64,000 bases of DNA. It comes from Squalus acanthias. Lineage: Eukaryota. How positions within the stretch are numbered: position 1 is the first letter of the stretch; every line of letters starts with the position of its first letter. This document shows, piece by piece, positions 39,396 to 50,840 of the stretch. The position numbers and the translations under genes are program-made. Location of the stretch: assembly GCA_030390025.1 (NCBI GenBank), contig CM059432.1, positions 55,120,001 to 55,184,000 on the forward strand. Direction: 5' to 3'. The notes below the pieces were generated by a model, which saw nothing but the letters and a program-made list of their open reading frames with translations, was not told the origin of the DNA and did not search any database.

Positions 39396-40449
39396 TACTA
39401 AAGAAACTCATGCACTGAATAACTGATCCCCTAGCAACCACAGTGAATTTTGTACTCATTACGTTGATGTGGTATGTCACTATTGTCGAATTCAACATTT
39501 TCACATTCGGTGTCAGCATCAAAATATCTGTTAGGTACAGCACAGAAAAAATGCAGGGTAAACCTCAAAAGAGCACCCACTTCTGCAAAAGGGTGATATT
39601 GCTATCTTACATCCTTGTCCATTCTTCTAGTCTGAGTGAGACTTTACACTGTAAACTCATGCCTATCACGTTACAATCAGAAACTGCATAGATTCATTTT
39701 ACGTTGAACACTTAGAGCCAGCAAAAAGAAGATACTCTCATCCAGTACTTCTGAAACCTTGACTGGTGATGATCATATGAAACTCTTAATAAATTCCAAT
39801 TACCCCCAAACTCCATGGTCAAAACACTCTTGAAGCATCTTCTTGCAAATTATTCCATAGTCCAAGGTTTCATCTTTAATCTGACCAGGCTTTTGACTCT
39901 CAGGTCCCAGAGGTGCAAGCACAGTATTCTAAGTCACTCTGCTGCCCAATCTCTGATAGGCAAATTTTATTGCAATCAGATCAATTGGAGACTGAAGAAT
40001 TTGCAAATTCACAAAGTGTTTCTGAATGAAATAAAGAAAGTGTTAGACCAATGAGTGGATACCTGAGGTACTAAGATAAACAGTTTGAGTATTTATCACC
40101 TTTAAATACAGATTCAGTAGAATACGTTTATTAATATATTAATGTTGACTAAAGCTAGGAACTTGTTGGCAGATCTATTGGAATTACTATAGTTTGAACC
40201 TATGTTTACTTGAGTGAAGGTATACTACAGAATTTTACAGTATAGTTGCAATTCAGTTCATAAAGTATTGACAAATAATACCTGGCAAGATTTTATAATT
40301 TGTGTACATATTTGCATTGAAATTGCTGGGATAAGCAACTACCTTCCTGCCTTAGTGTGTAAGTACACCCACAAATTTAGGCACGTGGACCAGGAAGACT
40401 CCAGGTCCAATCTCGGCCAATCTCGGTGTACTGGGGGTGGGGAATTATA

Positions 40450-43293
40450 GGGGTGAATTTTAACCTGGAACTATGTGTGGGTTTGGGTGTGGGTGGGGGG
40501 TTAAATCCAGCAAAAATGCGAGCACATGGGGTGCCGGCTCCAACCTGCCAACTTCTGCGTTTAACTTGGGCATGTTAAGCTGGTTGCACGCGGCCCCCTC
40601 GGGAGAGGTGGGTTGCCTATTAACATATGCTAATCGTTCATTGGAGTGATATTTCAGCACAGTTTTAAGTTTAACGTCGCAGTCACGGGTATCCCGGGCT
40701 TCCTGAAACTTGCCATTGAAAGTAAAGCAAGAACACAACAGCAATTGAGAGGGCTGATTAAAACTCATGGAAATACTGCATTAATACTCAGTACTCATAG
40801 CTGCTTTCTTACCTACTGCTGGGAAAGGGTTTGTTCACAGTACTTTTGCTGAGAGTTTACTTTCTACACTTTGGAGGTTTTCTGAATCACATCAGGATGG
40901 GTGGCACCTTGGCTGCCTTAGACCTTGGACAAGGAGCAATATGACCAGCAGCAGCCTGCTGTTGGGAGACCTGCAGCTGAACATCAGAGAGGGGAGCAGC
41001 AGAGGGGTGCAGCTCGCAGGAGGCACTACCCACGACACAGGGTGTACAGACAGAGGCTGAGTTTCCTTCACATGTTGGAACAGCAGTGCTTCAGTAGGCT
41101 TAGGTTGTTGCATCAAATGGTGGCAGACATCTGCAGTCTCCTAGAAGAAGACCTGCTCCCTGCTGGACGCGGTGTCAAAGTGACCACCACCCTCAACTAT
41201 TTTGCCTCCGAATACTTCCAGGGCTCTGCTGGAGACATATCCAGGATCTCTCAGCCAGTGGCCCAAAATGCATAACACAGGTGACTGATGGGTTGTTTGC
41301 CAGGGCCAGCAATTACCTGGGCTTTGCCTGCGATGACGCTAGTCAGAATGAGTCAAACGGGCGCTCGAGTTTGCGTCTCTGGCTGGCTTCCCACAGGTGC
41401 AGTGTGTCATCGACTGCACACGCACATGGCAATCCGCGCACCCCCAGATAAACCAAGCATATTCGTGAACTGCAAGGGCTTCCACTCCATCAATGCGCAG
41501 CTGGTGTGCAATCACAGAAAGATATTTCTGTAGGTGTGCACAAGGTTCCTGGGGAGTTGCCATGATCCTTTTGTCCTGCGGTAATCCAAGCTCCCTGATC
41601 TCTTTGAACCTGTAAGGGGTGGCCGCCACGAGATAAGGGATACCCACTTCAAACTTGGCTGATGACACGCGTCAGAAACCCGACCAATGAAGCCCAACAG
41701 TGCTACAGTGAATGCCATATGTGTGATCGATCACCAGATGTGTAATCGAACAAGCCAGCTGAAGATGTGCTTCAGGTGCCAAAACAGATCTTCAGTACGC
41801 ACCAGCCAGGTGGTCGTGGTGTGCTGAGCGAGGTTTGGACCTGCAGGAGGAACAAGGTGGAGAGCGCAGATCGTCTGCAGATGATTCCGAGGAGGAAGGT
41901 GATGAGTGCAATGGATCATCTGCTGCTCACATTGCTGCCAGGGATGCCCTTGTTAGTACAAGGTTCACTTAGGTTGCACCAGTGGACCAATGTCAGAACC
42001 ACATGCAACGGCCTCTCTTTCTGCCCCCCGCCCCCCTCCAATGACACAAACCAGTCCTGCAAACAACCAACCACCCCTTTCACATCCTCCCATTGGTCCC
42101 CGTCAATTGATGCCTTCCTATTCATCATCAAGCAAGTTAAAAGGTGACTTGCTAGCCAGCAACCAAGAATGGGCAAGATGGGAAAGTGCTGCAAACTAAT
42201 AAAATTTATGTGATTCCACTAAAGAACAGAAACTGCACAACATAACATTTTCTCATACACCCAAGTACATACCCTTGTACAACTACAAAACTTTACTCTT
42301 CCTTTTCCTACCGCTTCTACGTGGTGCAACCCCTGTGGCTTCAGCAGAGGTAGGGGCAGGCTGCTCAGATCCCAGCCCTGACTGCTGAGATGCTCTTGGC
42401 CAACGACCTCTGGGTTTTGGAGCCTGTGAGAGCCCCACCAAAGACTGCTCCTCCTGTACATGTCAGGGGCAGACTCAGCCATCGAGGCAGCCTGTTGGGT
42501 ACTGACTGAGTGGGGGAGGGGGCAACGGATGAGAAGTGGAAGCGCTTTGATTGGAGTCTCCACTTCCATGTCCATTTAAGGCGGCAGACATGTTGGCATC
42601 CAGAGTGTCCATGGCCGTGGTCAAGGCCTGCATGGACTCATTTGATTGCCATGTTTGATGTTCCACTGAGTTGGCCACTCTATCCATGCAACACAGACAT
42701 CGTCGCAATGCCCTGTGACATCCTCCCACTTCAGGTGGACTGCTCCATTCTCACTGCAATCATGGTCAATGTACTTGGAAGGCCTGTCAGTACATCATAC
42801 ATTCTTTGCTGCTCCTCAATGATTCTCTTTTTCATCGCGACCTCCAGGGTACAGCATCTGCGTCCAGCTGAGCAGAGCTTGGAGAGGGCTGCGCCTTCCG
42901 ATGTGGACTATACACAGCTATTCCTGCCACCACCATCTACTCTTGCTCACTTGTGAAGTGTGAGTCACCAAGTGAAAACCCAACTAACTATCTAATTGGT
43001 CCCGCCGCAGTGCGAGTATCTGAGCTGATGCATGATAAGCATGAGTCCTGTGACGGTGCACCTTCAGAAGGAATCAGCTCCTCTGAGGATTCGTCATCCA
43101 TGGCGTCCATGGACTCCTGCTGCACGCACCACGCCCCCTCCCACTCAATTGATGCTAAATCCAGAAGTAAAATGATAATGAGCTGGCCGCGTTAAAATGC
43201 CACTGACAACCGCCCTGACCTTACTTCCGGATTTACCACATGATATTGGAATCCCCCCCCGCTCCCAACCGCCTCTGAGTTAATATCAGGGTC
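40450..43293. mobile_element. Decayed PIF/Harbinger transposon with the most complete transposase remnant
   Basis: Ends GGGGTGAATTTTAAC / GTTAATATCAGGGTC; flanks ATA / ATG; transposase on +, Myb exon 3-like remnant on - near 42250-43110. Confidence 0.8.
40897..41972 (+). pseudogene. Harbinger DDE transposase pseudogene (HARBI1-like)
   Basis: YPRHRVYRQRLSFL..VKVTTTLNYFASEYFQGSAGDISRISQ; GFPQVQCVIDCT; AIRAPP..FVNCKGFHSINAQLVC; GSCHD; DKGYPLQTWLMT..RNPTNEAQ; ARDALVSTRFT*. Several frameshifts and stops. Confidence 0.9.
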
Positions 43294-43334
43294 ATGGTAT
43301 GTGAGGCACTAACTGATGGAACAGAAAGTTTATC

Positions 43335-43560
43335 TGTGCTCCTGCTCCTGATATCTATTCAGTAACTGCTGATGGAAGGTACGCATATGGACATCAGGTG
43401 AAGATAAGGACGGGCTCAGCTGTGATTCCACACAGATGTGGAATACGTGAGCAACACTCACTATTTAGGCTCACATTTGACAAAAAGCCACTTGGGCAAG
43501 CTACAGGATCTGGATCTGGATGCCACCTTGAGTCAGTAGCTTTCAGAGAAAAGTGGAGAA
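43335..43560 (+). mobile_element. Old SINE-like interspersed repeat (related to 49640-50010)
   Basis: Shared blocks such as CTCCTGAT..CAGT, GCTGTG, ACACTCA..CTCA..GCCACTTGG. Confidence 0.45.
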
Positions 43561-44227
43561 AAATGGCAAAAATAATTTCTGGGATAAAATGCAATTTCTG
43601 GGCACTATAAAGGAACCCTTCATAGTGGGATATATATAGGTTTAATTTTGAAACTTAATAATGTGAGGTACATGGATGGCAGGTGTACATTCTTTATGTA
43701 AAAGTGCTCTATTCCTATTATTTCTCTAACTAATTGCCATCTTCTTTTGGTGCTGAAATCCTTATACCATCACAAACAATCAAACCAGACTGTACTCTGA
43801 ATTTACATTGACAGTGATTTCCGGCCCATGTCACTTCTCGTTAGTTCCTATTTTTATTATTTGAAAGTCCCAAATAATGAAACATGACTAAAATCACATC
43901 AAAGCGTATTTGGTGTAATTGGTCTGATGACACCTAGGTCTAGTGTTCTTAAAAAAGCACTTAGAAATACACTTCGGGGGCGGGCAAACCAAAGATATTT
44001 TAAGGCTTCACTAGAGGTCTACTTTGGCTCTTTAAGTCTAATCTGAAGCCAAACCAAATAGAAAATTCTTACGGTAACAAATTTCAAATAGAAAAGATGC
44101 TTCTTTACAGGTATGGGATGCTGCAAGTTTCAATTAATGCAGATCGATATGTGAAGCTTAACCATATGGTTTATTTATCGAATTTGATCCTAAACAGACA
44201 TTTACACCAATATGATAGTTATCTTCA

Positions 44228-44456
44228 CACAGACAGTTGTTATGATCTGGAATGCACTACCTGAAAGGATGGTGGAATCTGGTTCCATAGAAACTTTCAA
44301 AAGGCAATTGGAAATGTATTTGAAAAGAACTAATTTGCAGCATTATGGGGAGAAAGCTGGAGCGTGGGATTAAATTGGACAGCTCTTTCAAAGAACTGGC
44401 ACAGGCACGATGGGCCGAATGGCCCTCTTCTGTGCTGTAAGATTCTATGATTCTAT
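44228..44456 (+). mobile_element. CR1 LINE 3' end fragment
   Basis: TGGAATGCACTACCTGAAAGG..GGGCCGAATGGCC..GATTCTATGATTCTAT, homologous to 12700-12918. Confidence 0.85.
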
Positions 44457-44754
44457 CTTACTATGCAATATGTTTTTTGAAGTGCACAGAGTAGCAATGT
44501 CATTGAAAATATACCCCAGGATGAGGTTTCTATTATAATTACCCATAGGTATTTGCAAAATACAAGCCTGTATTCAATCTGAACATAGAATATATATAGA
44601 AACTAGTCAATCTCCCATGGCATTGCACACAGGGAGCCAAATTTGTGTGGTTTGCAGGCAAAGTGAGGTTATTGGGTGTGCAGATGTAAATCAGTCCCTA
44701 TTTTTATATTTCCATTTTTGTAGAACAATATGTTATAAAACCTTCAAGAGTATA

Positions 44755-45625
44755 GACCGTACTAGATTTAGTGATGAGTAACAAACCAGAATTACTTAAC
44801 AATCTGATGATAAGGAAGCATCTTGCAAATAGTGACCATAATATGATTGAAGTTGATATTAGGTTTGAGAGAGAGAGAGAAGGGAGAGTCACAAACCAAG
44901 GTTTTAAATTAAGTTAGGTAAACTTCGAAGGGATGAGAAATAAATTCATCACAGTAAACTGGGCTGAACTATTAATGGATAAACCTACAGACGAACGGTA
45001 AGAAATATTCAAAAAAGTATTTGGTACAATACAAAATCAGTACATACCCTTAAAAGTCAAAGGCTTCACTTGTGTAGTTAAGCAACCATGGTCAACAAAT
45101 GAGGTAAGACAGTATCAAAAGACTTAGACAAATGCAAGGAAAAGTAGAAATCCAGCAGACTAGGAGAGCTTTAAAAAGAAATATGAAAAAAACTTCCAAG
45201 ATATATCAAAGCTAACAGCAAAAGTTTTTATAAAAATATTAAAAGAAAGAGAGTAGTAAAGAGGAATGTGGGCCCATTAAAGACAGATGCAGGCAAGACT
45301 ATAATGAGCAATAAGGAAATGGCAGATTTGTTAAATGAGTACTTGTATCCATTTTCATAGTGGAATAAGAGGACAAGATACCAGCCGTACAAGGGAACCT
45401 AAAAATAAGTCAAGTGGAGGAACTTAGTGCATCTAAAATAAGTATATGCTAATGGAGAAAATAATGGGACTTAAGATAGACAAATCTCCAGAACCTAATG
45501 GTTTCCACCCCAGGATATTAAAAGAAATTGCAGATGCATTTGTCATAATTTCCCAAAGATCTATAGATTCAGGAATTGTGCCTTTGGATTGGAAAATTGC
45601 AAATGTCACAACATTATTTAAGAGT
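44755..45625 (+). mobile_element. Older CR1 LINE internal fragment (APE end and linker)
   Basis: LDLVMSN..LANSDHNMIE, KSPEPNGFHPRILKEIAD..VPLDWKIANVTTLFK. Confidence 0.8.
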
Positions 45626-45861
45626 GAATGGGAGGGAAAGTGCTGGCTGTACTCAGAGCAGACCAATTTTGCAATGGGGCCCTGAAACCGGTGTTAGGCC
45701 CCTTATTTGCATATGCAAAGAGCCTAAACCCTGTTTCAGGCGTGGGCCCTGGACGCCACCTTTTCTGCCTTTACCAATATGGCGGGCGGCATCAACCAAT
45801 TTCTGAGCCTAAATGTTTTGCTGTCACTTTGCCATCATTAAGTGGAGAAGCTGGAATTTGG

Positions 45862-46232
45862 AAGAAAGAAAGAACTTGCATTTATTTAGCTCATTTCATG
45901 ATCTCAGGATATCCCAAAGTGCTTCACAGCCAATAAAGTACTTTTGAAGTATAGTCACTGTTGTAATGTCGAGAATCAGACAATTCATGCACAGCAAGGT
46001 CCCACAAATAGCAATGAGATGAATGACCAGACAATCAGTTTTAGCGATGGTAGATGAAGTAAAAACTTGATATAACATCTCATCCAAAAGACAGCACCTC
46101 CATTAGTGCAGTATGACCTCATTATTGCACTGAAGTGTTAGCCTAAATTATGTGCTCAAGTCTCTATAACGGGCCTATGAACTCATGACCTTCTGACTCA
46201 GAGCCAAAAGTTCTACCAATGAACCAAGGCTG
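45862..46232 (-). mobile_element. SacSINE1-like SINE with an internal deletion
   Basis: Tail AAGAAAGAACTTGCATTTAT and head ..GAACTCATGACCTTCTGACTCAGAG.. match 12944-13372. Confidence 0.8.
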
Positions 46233-47779
46233 GCAAGCAGTGAAGGAATGGAAGCCTCACATTACCATTCACTGTGTTACTATCCTTGACTGTTCCGCCA
46301 GAACTCAATGCCAGATCAAGACTCGATAATAGTAGATTCCCTGCTGCCTGTCCCAAAAGAAGTTTTTCTTTAAAATCATACCTTTCTGCTCTTGCTTACC
46401 TGATTTCCAAATAGATTCTATCTGTTCTTTGGCACTCTGAGCAACATCTGTATTCAATTAGAAGTGCTGAATGTGTGCTGTATATGAGATGGAAATGCAA
46501 TTCATGTGGAAATATGGGCAAGATAGAATGCTGCCCAGGTTAAAGATGAGGCTAGCTGTCATGTTGATGAAAATGGTGATAGAAATCTTGGGTTATATTC
46601 ATGTTTGTATTCTCCCATTGTATGTCTGCATGCAAATCGTTAGCAAGGACAAGGAGTATGCAGCTAAATGCCCTGTGTTTGTCATCACTAGCAGGGTGAG
46701 CTTTCGGACAAGCCTTCCTATAGCTACTGGCTTTCAAAGTGTGCCATTGCTTTGCAAAGGTGGCACAGAGATCAAATAGTCAGTGGTAATGTATTGCCAC
46801 AGCTCCACCAACACAGCTTGAATGTCCCATTGAAACATTTGTACTGACCGTCTCTTTACATTTCCCTCTTTTAGTTTGTCATTTAAAAAGCCTGTTTTGA
46901 GAGTAGATTCTTGTCCTTTCTCACCACATAATGCAACTACCCTTAATCAGCATTGTCAATGCTACTGTTAGAACCTTGGGATTGGGTACTTCTTCCCACT
47001 ATTTAAATGGAAAAGAGCTGCATATGGAACCTGCTGAAATCTTTGATTTAGTTTCTGTATCACATGTAAGACTCATAGCCATACTGTAAGGTGTAAATGG
47101 CTCTTGCTTAATAGACATTTATGCCGGATCTGCATCACTATACCTCCCTGATCAAACACCCACTTCCTGGGACACCCAAAGGAGCCACTTGCTTTTTTGG
47201 TGCTGCTGGTTAACCGTGTGGTCAATCATCCCATCATCACTGGAGACGTCACTGGCCAGCTATGCAAACTGCTTGATCTAGTTAGAATAGTTACTGACAA
47301 TAGTAATTTACCCTAAGATTTAATAGCTCAAACATTAGAAAGTTTTAACTTTGGGGCTCACAGACCATTACCATTAGCCTCATATTGCAAAGATAATTTA
47401 ATACAATAGGCCACATTAAGAGCACTATTATTGACCACTGTATGTAAAGAGAACAAAGGTTTACTGAAAATGATTAAGTTATACATCAAACGAGTTAATA
47501 TACCCTCTGATTTAGCTCATATATTGTTCCAAAATAAAAATATAAAACCAAACACTGCAGCCAGCTAACATTTCTGCGGAGCCGAATGCTTCCTTAAAGA
47601 TTCTGGCTGTCCTTTAATCTCCCGCTGCCCCAAGCCATCTGATAACTTTGGAGGTCCCAAGCCTGACACCTCCTGATGGTTCCTGACAGTCCTTCAAAGC
47701 CCTGCTACTGTAAGCTATCCAATATCTTTGCAGGTCCTAGGGGGTTGGGGCAACAGACCCTTATCTGATCCCTGACCCT

Positions 47780-47912
47780 CTGATTTTTGTTGGGTAAGGG
47801 TATAAAGGGATATGGAGCAAAGGTGGGTAAATGGAGTTCAAGTACAAATGAGATATGATCTAATTGAATGGTGGAACAGGGTTGAGGGGCTGAATGGCCT
47901 ACTCATGCTCTT
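47780..47912 (+). mobile_element. CR1 LINE 3' tail fragment
   Basis: GATTTTTGTTGGGTAAGGGTAT..GAGGGGCTGAATGGCCTACTC, the reverse complement of the 55550-55680 region. Confidence 0.75.
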
Positions 47913-48064
47913 GTCAATATCCCCTTGCAGCTTCTTTTGGTCCTCAGAATTATTTAGTAATTTCATCTTTGTTTAAAGATTCAAAAATTTTCCTCAGCAT
48001 AGATGTTAAACTCCCTGGCCTGTAACTACCCAAGTTAGCTCTGTCTACTTAAAAAAAAATTATT

Positions 48065-48569
48065 AAATTGGCCAGTCTCGGTCCCCGGCGAAGGTAAGTC
48101 TAGAGGGGAATGGGGCGGGGGGTGGTTGTGGGGCGGGGGGTTCCGGACGCGATCGCAAGGGAAGGGGAAACCGAGAGCAGGGGACGACCTAGGTTTCCTT
48201 GTGGGGCCCAGTCGAGCACTCCTACTCCTCGTAGTCCGCAAGGAAACTAAACAAAAAATCATCTTACACTTACCATCTCGGAACCTCTTCTGTGCCTGCT
48301 GCTCCTCGGTGCCAAGTTTCCCCAAAGAGGCTGGCAACAGGCGCCAACCCCACGACACAAATTTAAAATAGCATCGGGGTCTGATTGACATCATCCAACT
48401 CCAACTTTTGAATCTCAATGAGACCCTCGCCTTGCTGGCTGGCCAAAATGCACCTGCTAAAATGGCACGTGGTGCGAGGTTAGCAGGGACCTGGTGAGTT
48501 GCACGCTGCCACGATTTTAACCCCCTGATTGTCCCATTTTTGTCAGGCATGTGGGGTTATAATTGGGCC
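48065..48569. mobile_element. Harbinger-type MITE, family M2
   Basis: Core TTTCCTTGTGGGGCCC..GAGCACTCCTACTCC; right end GTTATAATTGGGCC. Confidence 0.55.
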
Positions 48570-49639
48570 TTAGATTGCCAAAGATTGGATACAAATACTT
48601 ACCTACTAATAATGGAGAATGGACAGTGAAGCCATAATGTAAAAGTGGAACAAAACCACTACCCCAAAGAAATCTGCAGATCACAGTTACCAAACAAGTA
48701 TATAGAAAATATACGGATTAGCGTGGGAGATTTCCAAAAGAAAATTGACAGGACTGATAAAAATTGAAAGCCTCCTTGCTCCCTCACTGCTCACCCTCTC
48801 TCCACTCACTCACTCTCTTCCTCCGACACCCATCTACCTCCTCTTCCCTCTCCACCTAGGTCCAACTATCCTCCTACCCTCTAATCCTGCTTGACCCGAA
48901 AAGTGCACTTGGTCTTGACTCCCCGTGTGCAACACCACGAGAGATCCACTATTTTATATATAATTGTTGAAGTATTTGTGCTCCTCATGGTGAGTGATGC
49001 TAGTGCTGGGGAATGGAACATTTTTCTCTATCTATAACCCACTGTCAGCATCAAGCACTCGCACTCAGGTTAGATGCACAGTAAAAGGCCTCGATGCGGG
49101 ACTTCTGCAAGCCCAGCAGTTGTACCCACAACTCAGGCTCAGTTTCTGGGAACAGGGAATTTATATATTTTGTGTGGCTGCCCACACCATTTATGGCACA
49201 ACTGAGGCACTCACCTCAGGTGGGAGAGGTGATCTGACTGCGGCACTTTGCAGCAAGCACCATGGCTAAATTTTTAAAACATAAAAAAGTACCCCATTTT
49301 TACAGAGGCCAGTTTCTCTGTGGAAATCAGCATTTAAAATACCCTCCCCCCATTGCCCTTAACAATTCTGAACATCTGGGATTTTGGGTGCAACTTGCAG
49401 AAAATAGGTTATATGACATATTTCCCTCATCTGTGTGGAGTCATAATACGTCAAGTTGTACAAATTCTGACGGGTGGAAAAAACAGGACAAGGACCCGAC
49501 ATAACAGGGTCCTACCCCAATTCCTACCTCAATACGAATGCTAATAGCACAGAGCAGAGACAGATGGAGCCTAAATTTCCCCACTGAGCAGAGGTAGGAA
49601 TATACCAAACTCAGAAGAGCACTCCGACTGCAAACTTCC

Positions 49640-50010
49640 GCTGAGCTAGTTTATCTCAGCAGAGAGCAATAGAATGCTGAGGTTGAGCTCAGTGCTCCTG
49701 GACTAGGGAGGGGAAAATTGGCTCGGCTTTGCATTTTTGATCATCATCCAGTGACCTCAGTTAGAAAATATTGATGTGTAGACGTTGGCCTGAAACAGGG
49801 TTTCCGTCACACTCCCAGTGAGGTTTTGGTGGCGGAGCGGCACCAGCTCCAAGGAAATTTGGAGCCGTTGGATGAAGGCTGCATCAGGTTGAGCTGTGGT
49901 GCTCTCCACAGTTAAATAGTCTGTTGATACTCATTATCTGAACTCAAAAATGAAAATTGGTCACTTGGATAAGGTACTGGAGGCTGCAGGTGCCTGTGGA
50001 ACTGTGCCCG
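49640..50010 (+). mobile_element. Old SINE-like interspersed repeat
   Basis: GCTGAGCTAG..CTAGGGAGGGGAAAATT..ATCCAGTGACC..GGTCACTTGG..CCTGTGGAACTGT; second copy at 43335-43560. Confidence 0.45.
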
Positions 50011-50131
50011 AGAGCATTGAGATCAAGAGAGAAAATGGAAGAAAGTGGGAGTGGGGTGGGGGTGGCAGAATAAAACAGTGAAAGGATTTTGGATTAATCT
50101 CTGAACACTGCTGTTCCTGGCATTGTTTAAT

Positions 50132-50562
50132 TCATAGAAACATAGAAACATAGAATCTAGGAGCAGGAGTAGGCCATTCGGCCCGTCGAGCCTGCTCCGC
50201 CATTCAATACGATCATGGCTGATCATCCAAATCCAGTACCCTGTCCCTGCTTTAATCCCCATACTACACATATCCCACCCGACCCCCGTAACCCCACGTA
50301 TTTAATTCCCCCTAACATATCCTATCCTATTCCCATAACCCCACATATTTAATCCCCCCCTAACACTAAGGGTCAATTTATCATAGCCAAATCAACCTAA
50401 CCCGCACATTTTTGGACTGTGGGAGGAAACCGGAGCACCCGGAGGAAACCCACGCAGACACGGGGAGAATGTGCAAACTCCACACAGACAGTCACCTGAG
50501 GTCAGATTCGAACCCGGGTCCCTGGCGCTGTGAGGCACCAGTGCTAACCACTATGCCACCGT
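50132..50562 (-). mobile_element. HE1-type V-SINE, full length
   Basis: Minus-strand tRNA head ACGGTGGCATAGTGGTTAGC..GGGTTCGAATC, V-domain GTTTGCACATTCTCCCCGTGTCTGCGTGGGTTTCCTCCGGGTGCTCCGGTTTCCTCCCACAGTCCAAA, CR1-derived tail GGGCCGAATGGCCTACTCCTGCTCC..(TTCTATGT)n. Confidence 0.92.
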
Positions 50563-50717
50563 ATGTATGAAGAGTAATGAACAAATATTCCCGTGATATT
50601 TTCATTTTTAAATTTACCAAAACACTTGCTGCATAAATGTATGATACAAAGCATCATAGAAGATGTAGATGAATATCATATCTGCCAAAAATGTTAATCC
50701 TTGTATTTTTGTTGCAG

Positions 50718-50840
50718 GAATCCAGGAAGGGCCTCAGTGTAATCGATGTAGAAACAACTGGGCACTGAAGTTTGCTATCCTGCTGCTCTATGTCCTGTGT
50801 GCCATGCTGACCATTACTGTAGCCATCCTGGGATACAAAG
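50718..50840 (+). CDS. COLEC12: Collectin-12 (CL-P1/SRCL) internal coding exon: cytoplasmic end and transmembrane helix (phase 1-1, 123 bp)
   Basis: Acceptor TTTTTGTTGCAG| and donor |GTAACA. Translates (G)IQEGPQCNRCRNNWALKFAILLLYVLCAMLTITVAILGYK(V), closely matching my recollection of mammalian COLEC12 GIQEGTQCTKCKNNWALKFSIILLYILCALLTITVAILGYKV. Confidence 0.95.

Noticed and set aside
40897..41972. Domesticated host HARBI1 gene
   Set aside because: Multiple frameshifts and stops, flanked by transposon ends, and several related copies in the window.
50490..50562. tRNA gene (also about 13300-13372)
   Set aside because: A and B boxes are SINE heads that run straight into SINE bodies; no complete cloverleaf.
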